Shown here: in pieces, positions 19,845 to 29,715 of the stretch
Position numbering within the stretch: position 1 is the stretch's first letter
Layout of the letters: each line of letters opens with the position of its first letter
NCBI GenBank assembly: GCA_016931155.1
Contig: JAFGFJ010000006.1
Coordinates: 314,896-378,895, forward strand
Length of the DNA: 64,000 nucleotides
DNA from: Candidatus Dojkabacteria bacterium
GTDB lineage: Bacteria > Patescibacteriota > Dojkabacteria > B142 > JAFGFJ01
Direction of reading: 5' to 3'
The notes under the pieces: generated by a model
Seen by the model: only the letters and a program-made list of their open reading frames with translations
Told to the model about the DNA's origin: nothing
The model's database searches: none
Position numbers and translations under genes: made by a program

Positions 19845-20228
19845 ATGGCTAGAATTTTAGGAGTAGAATTACCTGGTGAAAAGAGAACAGAGATTGCTCT
19901 CAGGTATATTTATGGCATTGGACCATCCATATCCAGAAAGATACTTGAAGCAGTGAAGATCAGTCCTGACAAGAGGGCGAAAGATCTTTCGAATGATGAA
20001 GTGAAATCTTTGGCAAATTTTATTGAGCAAACTTTCAAAGTAGAAGGAGAGCTTAAGCAGGTAATTTTTAGAAATATTAAAAGACTGAAAGATGTAAGAA
20101 GCTATAGGGGGATAAGGCATAAACTTGGTCTTCCAGTAAGGGGACAGAGAACAAAGTCAAATGCAGTTACGAGAAAAGGAAGAAATCTTGCGGTCGGAGG
20201 GCTTAAGAGAAAACTGGAGAAAACTTAA
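19845..20228 (+). CDS. rpsM: 30S ribosomal protein S13
   Basis: MARILGVELPGEKRTEIALRYIYGIG canonical S13. Confidence 0.95.
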   Translation: MARILGVELPGEKRTEIALRYIYGIGPSISRKILEAVKISPDKRAKDLSNDEVKSLANFIEQTFKVEGELKQVIFRNIKRLKDVRSYRGIRHKLGLPVRGQRTKSNAVTRKGRNLAVGGLKRKLEKT

Positions 20229-20259
20229 TTTGATGGATTATTTATTTACCGAATAATAT

Positions 20260-20706
20260 ATGGGTAAGAAAAAAGACAAAAAAGCAAAAAAAGAGAATAA
20301 GATGAAGGATAAGGGTAAGGAGGCAGTAGCAGTTAAGAAGAAAAAGAAAGAGAAAAAGGTGGTTACTAAAGGTAAAATATATGTAAAATCGACATACAAC
20401 AATACACTTGTCACTGTTACGGATCTTACGGGCAATGTACTTTCTACCAGTAGTGGAGGTGTAGTTGGATTTACAGGGACGAAGAAAGCGACCGCTTATG
20501 CAGCAACAAAAGCAGCTGAGGATGCGGTAATGAAAGCTCAGAAATATGGTATTAAGGAAGCTGTTGTGATGGTCAGAGGAGCAGGACTTGGAAGACAGGC
20601 AGCTGTGAAGGGACTGAGATCTGGTGGGCTTAGAATTTCTCTCTTGATGGATACTACAAGGATTCCTCATGGAGGAGTTAAGCCGGAAAAAAGACCAAGA
20701 AAATAA
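20260..20706 (+). CDS. rpsK: 30S ribosomal protein S11 with Lys-rich N-terminal extension
   Basis: TGNVLSTSSGGVVGFTGTKKATAYAATKAAE S11 signature. Confidence 0.92.
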   Translation: MGKKKDKKAKKENKMKDKGKEAVAVKKKKKEKKVVTKGKIYVKSTYNNTLVTVTDLTGNVLSTSSGGVVGFTGTKKATAYAATKAAEDAVMKAQKYGIKEAVVMVRGAGLGRQAAVKGLRSGGLRISLLMDTTRIPHGGVKPEKRPRK

Positions 20707-20725
20707 TTAATTCTTTTTACGATAA

Positions 20726-21322
20726 ATGGCAAGATATACAGGACCAAAATGGAAAATAAGCAGGCGAGAAGGGGCTAGTGTTTATGGAGATGAAAAATGG
20801 AAAAAAAGACCTACTCTTCCGGGGCAACACCCGACGAGTATGAAAAGACCGAGTAACTACGCTATTCAGCTTAGAGAAAAGCAGAAAGTTAAAAGGATGT
20901 ATGGGCTATTGGAAAAGCAGTTTAGAGGAGTATACCAGAAGGCAACTGCTGCAACTGGAAATACAGGAACCAGGCTACTGCAACTTCTTGAGATGAGGCT
21001 TGATAATGTAGTTTACAGACTTGGTTTTGCGAAAACAAGAAATCAGGCAAGGCAGATGGTAACCCATGCTCATGTAAAAGTGAATGATAAAAAAGTTAAT
21101 ATACCTTCTTATATAGTAAAAGTTGGTGATCAAATTATGATAAAAGGGGCAGAAAAGAAGGATAATTGTGTAGCACTGATAAAGTTAGAAACAAAAAATG
21201 CTAAGGTTCCTTTGTGGTTGAGCAGAGTTAGTGAAGGAGGAGAGATAAAGAGTGTTCCTACAAGAGAGATGATGGATCCAACAATCAAAGAACAGCTTAT
21301 TGTTGAGTTCTATTCGAGATAA
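20726..21322 (+). CDS. rpsD: 30S ribosomal protein S4
   Basis: MARYTGPKWKISRREG... and S4 domain (RLDNVVYRLGFAKTRNQARQMVTHAHVKVN). Confidence 0.95.
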   Translation: MARYTGPKWKISRREGASVYGDEKWKKRPTLPGQHPTSMKRPSNYAIQLREKQKVKRMYGLLEKQFRGVYQKATAATGNTGTRLLQLLEMRLDNVVYRLGFAKTRNQARQMVTHAHVKVNDKKVNIPSYIVKVGDQIMIKGAEKKDNCVALIKLETKNAKVPLWLSRVSEGGEIKSVPTREMMDPTIKEQLIVEFYSR

Positions 21323-21346
21323 TATTTTAAATTACTGATTGATACT

Positions 21347-22285
21347 ATGTTTCAATTAAATCAATTTAATGTAAAGAAAATAGAAGAAAGGGAGGATTAT
21401 GGTCTCTTTGAAATAGGTCCTCTTCCCAGAGGGTATGGTCATACTGTTGCAAATATATTGAGAAGGATTTTAATGTCTTCTATTGAAGGTGCTGCGATTA
21501 CTTCAGTCAAAATAGGAGGAATTAAACATGAATATTCAAGTCTTGAGGGTGTTCACGATGATATTCTCAAGGTTCTTCTTGGTCTAAAAAATGTTGTGCT
21601 TGTGAGCCATTCAGAAGATCCTCAAGTTTTGAAGTTGAACGTTAAAGGCGGAGCAAAGGCAAAAGAAGTGAAAGCAGGAGACATAGAAACGACAGGCGAA
21701 GTTGAGATAGTAAACCCGGATTACGTGATCACAACCTTATCTGGTCCGAAAGCCAAGATTGAAGCGGAAATTATTGTTGAAACGGGTATTGGGTATAAGT
21801 ATCCTGATGAGTCGAAAAGAAAAGAAATTGGAGTTCTGCCTCTGGATGCGAATTTTTCTCCTGTCAGAAGGATTAATACAAGAATAGTACAGGCTAGGGT
21901 TGGTCAGCAGACAGATCTTGATCAGGTAAATCTTGAGGTATATACTAACAGAGCCGTGAAAGCAAGTGATGTTTTATTGAAAGCAGTGCAAGCCCTTGAT
22001 GAAGTTGCAAATAGATTTGTTTCTCTCTTGGGTGGCACACCAAAAGAAATCGAGTACATACAGGATGAACCAGAGGTTGAAGAGAAGAAGGTTCAATTAC
22101 CAATTGAAGACCTTGGGCTTTCTACCAGACTAACAAATGCTCTTGTAAATTCCCACTATAAGGATCTTGTAGAGCTAGAGGGGATGGGTATGGAAGACTT
22201 TATGAGCATAAAAGGAATGGGGCAGAAGTCAGTTGAGGAGCTGTATGAGGTTATGAAAGAAAATGGATTGGAAACAAAAGAATAA
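21347..22285 (+). CDS. rpoA: DNA-directed RNA polymerase subunit alpha
   Basis: GPLPRGYGHTVANILRRILMSSIEGAAITSVKI N-terminal domain and C-terminal alpha-CTD (LGLSTRLTNALVN). Confidence 0.93.
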   Translation: MFQLNQFNVKKIEEREDYGLFEIGPLPRGYGHTVANILRRILMSSIEGAAITSVKIGGIKHEYSSLEGVHDDILKVLLGLKNVVLVSHSEDPQVLKLNVKGGAKAKEVKAGDIETTGEVEIVNPDYVITTLSGPKAKIEAEIIVETGIGYKYPDESKRKEIGVLPLDANFSPVRRINTRIVQARVGQQTDLDQVNLEVYTNRAVKASDVLLKAVQALDEVANRFVSLLGGTPKEIEYIQDEPEVEEKKVQLPIEDLGLSTRLTNALVNSHYKDLVELEGMGMEDFMSIKGMGQKSVEELYEVMKENGLETKE

Positions 22286-22995
22286 TGAAGAAAGGAAGAA
22301 AGATAAAAAAAATAGGAACAGATAAATCTCACAGGGTTTCTCTGTTGAAGAACCTTTCTTCATCGTTGATCATGACGGAGTATATGACTACTACAAGGGC
22401 AAGAGCCAGGGCATTTGTCCCCTATTTTGAAAGAGTAATTACTCTGGCAAGACCTGCCGATATCAATGCAAAAAGAAGAGTGATATCATTAATTCAAAAT
22501 GAAAAAGCTACAGATAAGATTTTTGATGTTCTTTTGAAGAGATTTGAAGATACCAAATCTGGCTTGGTGAGTGTTTATAAAATTGGGAACAGAAAAGGAG
22601 ATAATGCAGAAGTTGTTAAGCTTGTTTTGAAGGGATATGAACCACCAAAGAAAAAGACGAGGATAAAGGAGGAAAAGAAAAAGGAACAAAGTGAAGAAAA
22701 GATGCTTCAAAAAGATGAGAAGGGTCTTAGTAAAGAAACTAAGCTGAATATGGAAACAGATGTGAAGAAATCGCAAGAAAAGACTGCCGAGAAAGTAGCC
22801 GAAGTTCGAAAAGAACTGGCGAAACCAGAAGAGCCAGCGGGGGGAAATAAAAAGACTATTAAAAAGGAAAGAAGATCAGAGAATAAATCATCCAAGCAGA
22901 ATGGATCATTTTTTACAAAACTATTTGGATTTGGGAAAAAGGATCAACAAAAGACTACTGTCAAAGGAAGAGCTAGATCAAGATCAGGGATTTAA
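22285..22995 (+). CDS. rplQ: 50S ribosomal protein L17 with ~110-aa K/E-rich C-terminal extension
   Basis: RVSLLKNLSSSLIMTEYMTTTRARARAFVPYFERVITLA L17 core. Confidence 0.88.
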   Translation: MKKGRKIKKIGTDKSHRVSLLKNLSSSLIMTEYMTTTRARARAFVPYFERVITLARPADINAKRRVISLIQNEKATDKIFDVLLKRFEDTKSGLVSVYKIGNRKGDNAEVVKLVLKGYEPPKKKTRIKEEKKKEQSEEKMLQKDEKGLSKETKLNMETDVKKSQEKTAEKVAEVRKELAKPEEPAGGNKKTIKKERRSENKSSKQNGSFFTKLFGFGKKDQQKTTVKGRARSRSGI

Positions 22996-23001
22996 TTCTA
23001 T

Positions 23002-23433
23002 ATGAAAACAAGAAGTATTAAAGAAAAAGAAACAGAGATTAAATGGTACATGATAGATGCTACCGGGGTAAGACTTGGGAAGGTTGCGACAAAGGTGGCG
23101 GGGTTGCTTATGGGTAAAGCTGATGTGAATAGGGTGGAGTATCTTGAACCTAAAAATAAAGTTGTCGTTGTGAATTGTGAAAAAGTTGAGGCTTTCCCGA
23201 AAAAATTAAAAACAAAGATTTATTATTCTCACTCGGGTTATCCAGGTGGTTTCAAAGAGAAAACACTAGAGGAGATGATGAAAAAAACTCCGGAAAAAGT
23301 AATTCAGCTTGCTGTAAAAAGAATGCTTCCCCAAAATAGAATGGGAAGAAAGATGTTCAGCAATTTGAATGTAGTGAAGGGAGCAGACCATAAATTTGAA
23401 GCTCAAAAACCAGTAGAAATTAAATTACAATAA
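23002..23433 (+). CDS. rplM: 50S ribosomal protein L13
   Basis: WYMIDATGVRLGKVATKVAGLLMGK L13 signature. Confidence 0.93.
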   Translation: MKTRSIKEKETEIKWYMIDATGVRLGKVATKVAGLLMGKADVNRVEYLEPKNKVVVVNCEKVEAFPKKLKTKIYYSHSGYPGGFKEKTLEEMMKKTPEKVIQLAVKRMLPQNRMGRKMFSNLNVVKGADHKFEAQKPVEIKLQ

Positions 23434-23834
23434 TGGAAGCAAAAATTCAAAAATATAATTATGCTGTAGGAAGAAGAAAAACTTCTGTTGCCACTATCAG
23501 ATTGTTTGAAGGAAAGGGACAGAGTTTTGTAAATGAGAAAAAGGCTGAAGAGAGATTCCCTCTTTTGGCTCAGCAGAAAAGACTTTTGAAGCCATTTGAA
23601 GTTACCGGAACGATGGGTAAATTTTACTTTACTGGGAAGGTAAAGGGTGGAGGAGTAACGGGACAGCTTGATGCTCTTGTGCATGCAATATCTCGAGCTA
23701 TGATAAAGAACGATGAGGTGTATAAAGTTGATCTTAAAAAGAACAGTCTTCTAACAAGAGATGATAGAATGACGGAAAGAAAGAAACCAGGACTTAGAAA
23801 GGCAAGAAAATCCCCTCAGTACTCAAAGCGTTAG
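23433..23834 (+). CDS. rpsI: 30S ribosomal protein S9
   Basis: YAVGRRKTSVATIRL...GGGVTGQLDALVHAISRAM...RKKPGLRKARKSPQYSKR S9 signature. Confidence 0.93.
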   Translation: MEAKIQKYNYAVGRRKTSVATIRLFEGKGQSFVNEKKAEERFPLLAQQKRLLKPFEVTGTMGKFYFTGKVKGGGVTGQLDALVHAISRAMIKNDEVYKVDLKKNSLLTRDDRMTERKKPGLRKARKSPQYSKR

Positions 23835-24026
23835 TTTGTCTCGGGCAATTTATAATTCTTCATATTTTATGTTTTTGGCGTCAATTTTGCGGGCATATTA
23901 TTTATCCCTTGGAAATAATAAGTTCTCGCAAATGCGTAGCTAAATTCTCTCAATATATGATTGTGTTGATTAGGCTGGCTGAATTTTATAGGATTGTTGA
24001 GTATTCAGGCTTAGATTATTGATTAT

Positions 24027-25316
24027 ATGAATCTAAATAGAACCAAATTAACATATGTAATACTTGGTTTAATTCTTCTATTTTCTTTTGTAACGAGAAT
24101 ATACAGAGTATGGATTCCTGCTGAGTACTATTTTGACGAGGTTTATCATGCTGTTACAGCAAAACTTTATGCCAGGAATGATCCTTCCGGGTATGAATGG
24201 TGGCATGATGAGCCAGAACCTGGTACTGCGGTTGAATGGCTACATCCCCCGATTGCAAAACTTACACAAGCTTTAGGAATAATTCTTATAGGTGAGAACA
24301 GTCTCGGGTGGAGAATATCTTCAGTTGTATTTGGAGTTGGCGTTGTTATGGCGACTTTTCTTGTTGCTAATAAACTTTCAAAATCAAGAAAAGTCGCCCT
24401 TTTGTCTGCAATTCTACTAAGTCTTGATGGTCTTGTTTTTGTCCAGTCACGTATAGCAATGAATGATATCCATGTTACTTTTTTTATTCTAATGAGTGTC
24501 TTTTTTTATTCAAAATGGAAAGACTCTCAAGAGAAACAGTTGAATCTTGTTTTGAGTGGTGTATTTACAGGCATAGCGATTGCTACAAAATGGAGTGGTG
24601 TGTTTCTGCTTGGGATATTTATTATTGATCAACTTCTTACATGGATGCCTCGAATGATCTCGAGAAAGAAGTTCCCATCTTTTGCTTTGCTCTCCAATTT
24701 ATTCATTAATTTTATTTTTCTGCCTGTGTTGATATATGTATTATCTTTTTCACAGTTTTTCCTTCAAGGGCATAGCTGGAAACAATTTGAAGGACTTCAC
24801 AGTCAAATATGGCATTATCAGACGAGTCTTGAAGCAACTCATCCTCGTCAATCAAGTCCAATTGAGTGGGTGTTGGATCTGAAGCCAGTCTGGATGTATG
24901 TGAATTATGATTCAGGAGATAAGGTTGGGAATATATATAATTTGGGTAATCCACTTATCTTTTTTGGAGGACTTATTGGTATTTTGGGGATAGTTTATAC
25001 AATTATTCGAACAAAAAACAGGAATTATATTTTGCTCGTTTTAGCATATTTGATCGTCTGGTTGCCATGGATGTTTTCTCCCAGAATAATGTTTTTCTAC
25101 CATTATTTACCCGCAGTACCTTTTCTGACAATAATACTTTCAATTTTCCTTATGTCTATGATAAATGCCAAGTCAAGATTGATAAAGTATTTGGCGTATC
25201 TATTCCTCTTTGCGTGTGCTATATGGTTTTTTCTTTTTTATCCATATTTAACAGGTCTTCCAGTCTCAAAAGAGTTTGTTTCAAAGGTTTACTATATCCT
25301 GCCGGGCTGGAAATAA
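24027..25316 (+). CDS. GT-C family glycosyltransferase, PMT/GT39-like (dolichyl/polyprenyl-phosphate-mannose protein mannosyltransferase-like)
   Basis: Polytopic membrane protein; YFDEVYHAVTA matches the loop-1 DE motif of the PMT family (vFDEVHfgkfa). Confidence 0.6.
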   Translation: MNLNRTKLTYVILGLILLFSFVTRIYRVWIPAEYYFDEVYHAVTAKLYARNDPSGYEWWHDEPEPGTAVEWLHPPIAKLTQALGIILIGENSLGWRISSVVFGVGVVMATFLVANKLSKSRKVALLSAILLSLDGLVFVQSRIAMNDIHVTFFILMSVFFYSKWKDSQEKQLNLVLSGVFTGIAIATKWSGVFLLGIFIIDQLLTWMPRMISRKKFPSFALLSNLFINFIFLPVLIYVLSFSQFFLQGHSWKQFEGLHSQIWHYQTSLEATHPRQSSPIEWVLDLKPVWMYVNYDSGDKVGNIYNLGNPLIFFGGLIGILGIVYTIIRTKNRNYILLVLAYLIVWLPWMFSPRIMFFYHYLPAVPFLTIILSIFLMSMINAKSRLIKYLAYLFLFACAIWFFLFYPYLTGLPVSKEFVSKVYYILPGWK

Positions 25317-25399
25317 GTCTGCTGGAATTCCCTTAGTTTGCTCTTTATCCTTAGCTTCTCTATAATTTCATAGTAATTAGATCTGTTGTTCTACTGTCT

Positions 25400-26095
25400 A
25401 TGAAAAAAATTACGGTTATTATATTCGCTGGAATTGTCCTTCTAGGGCTTGCTGTTTGGTCACCATGGAACAGGCTGGATTTCTCTTGGCAAAGACTTCT
25501 GGGAATTGAAAAGCCGGAAGGTATGGCAGGGCTTACAGTCTATTCACTTGGGGGGAATATGGAGGTAAAAATAGATGGAGAGTTGAAGGGAGAAGTAAAT
25601 CTTGCCAATTCTCCTCTTGAAATACACGATGTTGTTCCTGGTGAGCATAAAATTGAGTTAATTAGAAAAGGTTCACAGGATAACATTTATGCCGAGTATT
25701 TTAAAAATTTAAATTTTGAGGGTAACATAAATTCAATACTAAGTTATGAGCTTGGACCAACAGAAGAGTATAGTTCGGGCTATGTATTTTATGCTGTATC
25801 CAAAGGGAATTATGATGCTCTTGCTAGTTTGTCTGTGGTATCAAGACCTGAGCAGGCAAAGATCTTTCTAGATGGAATAGATGTGGGAAATGCTCCTTTA
25901 AGAGATGTAAAAATTTCTCTCAATCAATTACATAGGCTCAGGTTTGAGAAGGAGGGATTTGAATCACTTGAATTTGAAATTTTACCAAAGGAACAGGCAG
26001 ATCGAGATAAGCTTAAAGATTATAGTCTGGCAGTTGAGGCTCGACTGTTTAAGCTTCCAATAAATATAGTAGAGGAAGTATCAAATGAGAAATGA
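25400..26095 (+). CDS. Membrane-anchored PEGA-domain protein (two PEGA-like repeats)
   Basis: N-terminal TM; repeats such as VYSLGGNMEVKIDGELKGE and VSRPEQAKIFLDGIDVGNAPL resemble PEGA beta-sandwich modules. Confidence 0.5.
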   Translation: MKKITVIIFAGIVLLGLAVWSPWNRLDFSWQRLLGIEKPEGMAGLTVYSLGGNMEVKIDGELKGEVNLANSPLEIHDVVPGEHKIELIRKGSQDNIYAEYFKNLNFEGNINSILSYELGPTEEYSSGYVFYAVSKGNYDALASLSVVSRPEQAKIFLDGIDVGNAPLRDVKISLNQLHRLRFEKEGFESLEFEILPKEQADRDKLKDYSLAVEARLFKLPINIVEEVSNEK

Positions 26096-29000
26096 AGCTA
26101 ATAAGCTAAAAAGTACGAGTAAATACCCAACCTCAATAATTGTTAAGGGTGTTGATACCATTGGTGTAGAGCTTGCAGGTTCACTTATTGAACAGGGGGG
26201 GTATGTAATTATGATAGACACCTACAATGAGGAATCTTTCGGGAAAATAAAACATCTGTTGGAAAAAGATCTGTTTACATTTGTTGATTTTTCAGCTCTT
26301 TCTCATCTGGAAGATGATTTGAGGAGATTGGATTATGTTTTTTTTCTGGGACATCAGGAGACTGACATCGAAAATGAAATTTCTACTCAAGAATTTCTCG
26401 AAGTATCAAATTACTTGAATGCGATTCTTGACCTTTCAACTAAATTTGAAGCTAAATTCTTATTAACAAATTCGATAAGAGCACATAGGAGACTGATAGG
26501 AGAGCAGGACGTTCATCTCAATTTTGATCTAGAAAAGACTAAAAAACACACGGTATATTCAGAAGTTGAAATTCAAAGATATGCAGAAAGTTTGGTGATG
26601 GAGTACTACGAGAAGGTTTCTTTGAATGTAAGAATTTTGAGAATGGGAGAAGTAATTGGTGAGGCTGTTGAGTTTAAAGAAAAGACTCCTCTTGGAAAGC
26701 TTATATTTGATGCAATATCAGGAAATGACCTAGAGATAACTGGTGATGGTCTTGATGAAGAGTATTATGTTCATTATCTTGATGCTGTTTACGGATTATT
26801 GAAGGGTGAATTTACTCCAAATACTAAGGGGAAGATTTTTTCGTTGGCAAATCAAGAGCCGGTTACTACATTATCTTTAGCGTATAAGGTTCAGGAATTA
26901 GAGCCAAAGGCTGGAGAAATAAAATTTGTAGAAAAAAAAGGTCCACTGTCACTCAAACTATACAAGCCAGCTGAAAACCTGGCAGTTATCGGCTGGAGGC
27001 CAAAAGTATCTTTTGACAGAGCCCTGTCACAGTCTATTGAACAAGCATATAACCACTTTAGTATCGAATCTTCTAGTCAGGTGGAAGATGTAAGGGATGA
27101 AAAAAAGAATGATGTGCTTTCCAAAAAACTTAAAAACTTCTTTTTTATCTCAGACAATAACGGAGAAAAGGAGGATACATATAAGCCAAAAGGAGAAGGC
27201 TATGGTGCTCTTTCGAGACTTATTGCAGAAAGAAAATCTCAGGAAATGGGAAGAAAAGGTAGCATTGTTCTGGCAAATGACAAACTAAGAGAAAAGGTCA
27301 AGGGTCAAAATCAGAAACCTGCTATTCAAAGATTGGGTACTAAAGCAAATAAGTTTTATGACAGAATTAAGGTTCAGTTTAATTTCCTTACTAGATTGAC
27401 TCTTAGTGAATTTGCTCTCTATTTGTTTCTTGTAATGATTTTGGCAGTGGTATATTTCGGAGTAGTATCTCCATTACTTAGTCTTGGTAAAGATGTGTAT
27501 TTTGGGAACAGAAATCTTGAAGAAGCAAAAAATAGATTTATTAGTAATGACATAATTGGTGCTAGGGAATCTGCCAAGAGTTCTCTCAATAACTTTGATG
27601 CTGCAGAGAAAACACTAAACAGATTTGAAGCATTTTTTAATCTTGTTTCCCAGAAAGAAGTATTCATTTCAGGGACTACTCTCCTGAGAGGAGCAAAAAT
27701 GTACTCTGAAGGTCTTGAACAATCATTCTCAGCTGTCTCTCCAGCGTACGAGTATTTCGAGAAGTTTGAAGATAATGTCTATTACAGACCGAATGACGGG
27801 AATCTTCTTGTTTCTGAGTCCAGTGCCGATTATTCAGAGTATCTTCAGAAGATGTCAGGAATGGAGATAGTAGCAGATGATGGGATCAGCAAAATAGTAT
27901 CAGCAACAGCTCTTATGTCAACTGCAAGAAAGAACTATTTACCTAAAACAGTAATAGAAAAAATAAATTCTATTGTAAATAATATTGATGAGACTGAGGC
28001 TGAGCTTCAAAGTGCAAAAAAAACGATTAGATATTTACCTGATCTACTGGGAGGAGATGGCCCAAAATCTTACATTATTATTCTCCAGGATAACTCAAGA
28101 TATAACCCTTCAGGAGGCAAAATCAATTCATATGCTTTCTTAACATTTGAAAAAGGTGGTTTAAAATCTATTAAGGTTGAAAATGCATCCAGCCTAAACC
28201 TGTCATTTGATAGGTTGAATCCAAAAACACTTGACCAGATCAATCTGATTTCGTTTCAGAATCTAAAAGTAGAGGACGTAACTCTCAGTGATTTTCAGCT
28301 CATAAATGATTTTGATCTGTTTAGCAGTGAAATTATTCCTTACCTTGAAAATTATTTTGAGAGGGATATTGATGGCGCCATATTTTTAAATATTAACAGT
28401 CTTGAAAAATTAATTGAATTGTATGGCGGAATTGAAGTCGAGCAAATTGAATTTGACGGGAAAAATCTTCTGATGAATGTTGATCTGGTTCTAAGAGACA
28501 ATAGGGAGGAAAATAGAAGAACAGAGATTATTACTCAGGTATTTGCGCTTGTGCTTCAGAAAATATTCACTTCAACAGGAGAAAAAACGCTGGAACTTGC
28601 TTCTCTTTCAAATGTTCAGCTGGAAGTAAAGGATATGATGCTTCAGTTCGAGGGTGAATATTATCAGGAGCAGATTGAAACAAATAATTGGAATGGGAGG
28701 TTTAACAACAACTCAGATTTTATTAAGATTGCAGTGGTTTCAAAGGCAAGGGAATTTTCTCAAACAAAATATCCTAACTTAAATATTGATATAAATGATA
28801 GGTTGAAGTCTGACTTAACAACTGTTAAACAAGTTACAATTGAACCTAAAAGTCTTGAAGATCTTGATTATGTGACTGTATGCCTTCCTGCTGGAGCTAC
28901 AGAATTAAATTTTGGTGAAATTAATCCTTTACTGTACAACCAGAATTTTAGTGCTGGAAATGAGTGTGTGAGTATAAAATTTGGTCAAATAAGCAGGGCT

Positions 29001-29234
29001 GTGATATCATACAAGACCCCAGCTTTTGAAAGTGTAAGGGGCAATAGTTACAATTACAACGTAAGTATCCAAAATACTCCTGGACTCAATCTGATTTATG
29101 ATTATGAGTTGGAATTTGATCCGGGTTTGTACCCTCTTGAGTATGACGATAGAGGATTCCTCCAAAGAGATAAGCTGATATATGCAGGTACTCTTGATGG
29201 AAATTTAATTTTGAATTTAAAATTCGGAAGATGA
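26085..29234 (+). CDS. Large single-pass membrane protein: N-terminal degenerate NAD-epimerase/SDR-like Rossmann domain, TM helix, ~600-aa extracellular domain (DUF4012-like by recall)
   Basis: The N-terminus shows epimerase-like blocks (ITGDGLDEEYYVHYLDAVYGLL) but lacks an intact GxxGxxG and a YxxxK lysine. TM at about aa 435-460. The ectodomain motif LLGGDGPKSYIIILQDNSRYNPSGG resembles DUF4012, from memory only. Confidence 0.5.
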   Translation: MRNEANKLKSTSKYPTSIIVKGVDTIGVELAGSLIEQGGYVIMIDTYNEESFGKIKHLLEKDLFTFVDFSALSHLEDDLRRLDYVFFLGHQETDIENEISTQEFLEVSNYLNAILDLSTKFEAKFLLTNSIRAHRRLIGEQDVHLNFDLEKTKKHTVYSEVEIQRYAESLVMEYYEKVSLNVRILRMGEVIGEAVEFKEKTPLGKLIFDAISGNDLEITGDGLDEEYYVHYLDAVYGLLKGEFTPNTKGKIFSLANQEPVTTLSLAYKVQELEPKAGEIKFVEKKGPLSLKLYKPAENLAVIGWRPKVSFDRALSQSIEQAYNHFSIESSSQVEDVRDEKKNDVLSKKLKNFFFISDNNGEKEDTYKPKGEGYGALSRLIAERKSQEMGRKGSIVLANDKLREKVKGQNQKPAIQRLGTKANKFYDRIKVQFNFLTRLTLSEFALYLFLVMILAVVYFGVVSPLLSLGKDVYFGNRNLEEAKNRFISNDIIGARESAKSSLNNFDAAEKTLNRFEAFFNLVSQKEVFISGTTLLRGAKMYSEGLEQSFSAVSPAYEYFEKFEDNVYYRPNDGNLLVSESSADYSEYLQKMSGMEIVADDGISKIVSATALMSTARKNYLPKTVIEKINSIVNNIDETEAELQSAKKTIRYLPDLLGGDGPKSYIIILQDNSRYNPSGGKINSYAFLTFEKGGLKSIKVENASSLNLSFDRLNPKTLDQINLISFQNLKVEDVTLSDFQLINDFDLFSSEIIPYLENYFERDIDGAIFLNINSLEKLIELYGGIEVEQIEFDGKNLLMNVDLVLRDNREENRRTEIITQVFALVLQKIFTSTGEKTLELASLSNVQLEVKDMMLQFEGEYYQEQIETNNWNGRFNNNSDFIKIAVVSKAREFSQTKYPNLNIDINDRLKSDLTTVKQVTIEPKSLEDLDYVTVCLPAGATELNFGEINPLLYNQNFSAGNECVSIKFGQISRAVISYKTPAFESVRGNSYNYNVSIQNTPGLNLIYDYELEFDPGLYPLEYDDRGFLQRDKLIYAGTLDGNLILNLKFGR

Positions 29235-29695
29235 AACATAAGACTGTAATAACGAAAGAAGGTTTAAAGGATTTGAAAAATGAGCTTGATACCAGGAAGG
29301 ATAAGTTGAAAGAGATTGCTGATAAAATTGATGAGGCACGTCAGCAGGGAGACCTTTCTGAGAATGCTGCTTATACTACGGCTCTTTCAGAGAAAGAAAT
29401 GAATGAGGCGAAAATTAAGGAACTGGAAGATAAAATAAGTGGCTCGATAGTAGTTGAAGCTGATCCTTTAAATCCAGAAGTTGAACTTGGCGAGAAGGTT
29501 CTGGTGCGGCGGAGTTCTGATAACAAAAGGTTAACATATGAAATTGTTGGGATTGAAGAATCCAATCCGAGTGAAGGGAAAATATCTATAGGCTCTCCTA
29601 TTGGCAAGGCTTTGGCACATAAGAAGAAGGGAGATAAAGTAAAAGTTAAACTGCCATCTGGAGAGGAGGAGTTTTTAATTGAGGAAATTGCATAA
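29231..29695 (+). CDS. greA: Transcription elongation factor GreA
   Basis: N-terminal coiled coil with GDLSENAAY acidic tip motif and C-terminal FKBP-like domain. Confidence 0.88.
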   Translation: MKHKTVITKEGLKDLKNELDTRKDKLKEIADKIDEARQQGDLSENAAYTTALSEKEMNEAKIKELEDKISGSIVVEADPLNPEVELGEKVLVRRSSDNKRLTYEIVGIEESNPSEGKISIGSPIGKALAHKKKGDKVKVKLPSGEEEFLIEEIA

Positions 29696-29715
29696 TCAGT
29701 TTTCTCCTGAAAATT

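Noticed and set aside
100-23684. Numerous 60-160-aa antisense or out-of-frame ORFs inside ribosomal, EF and secY/secA genes (e.g. 100-552-, 3689-4126-, 7555-7866-, 10122-10451-, 36188-39196+)
   Set aside because: Each is fully embedded in a well-supported conserved gene on the other strand/frame; typical AT-rich shadow ORFs.
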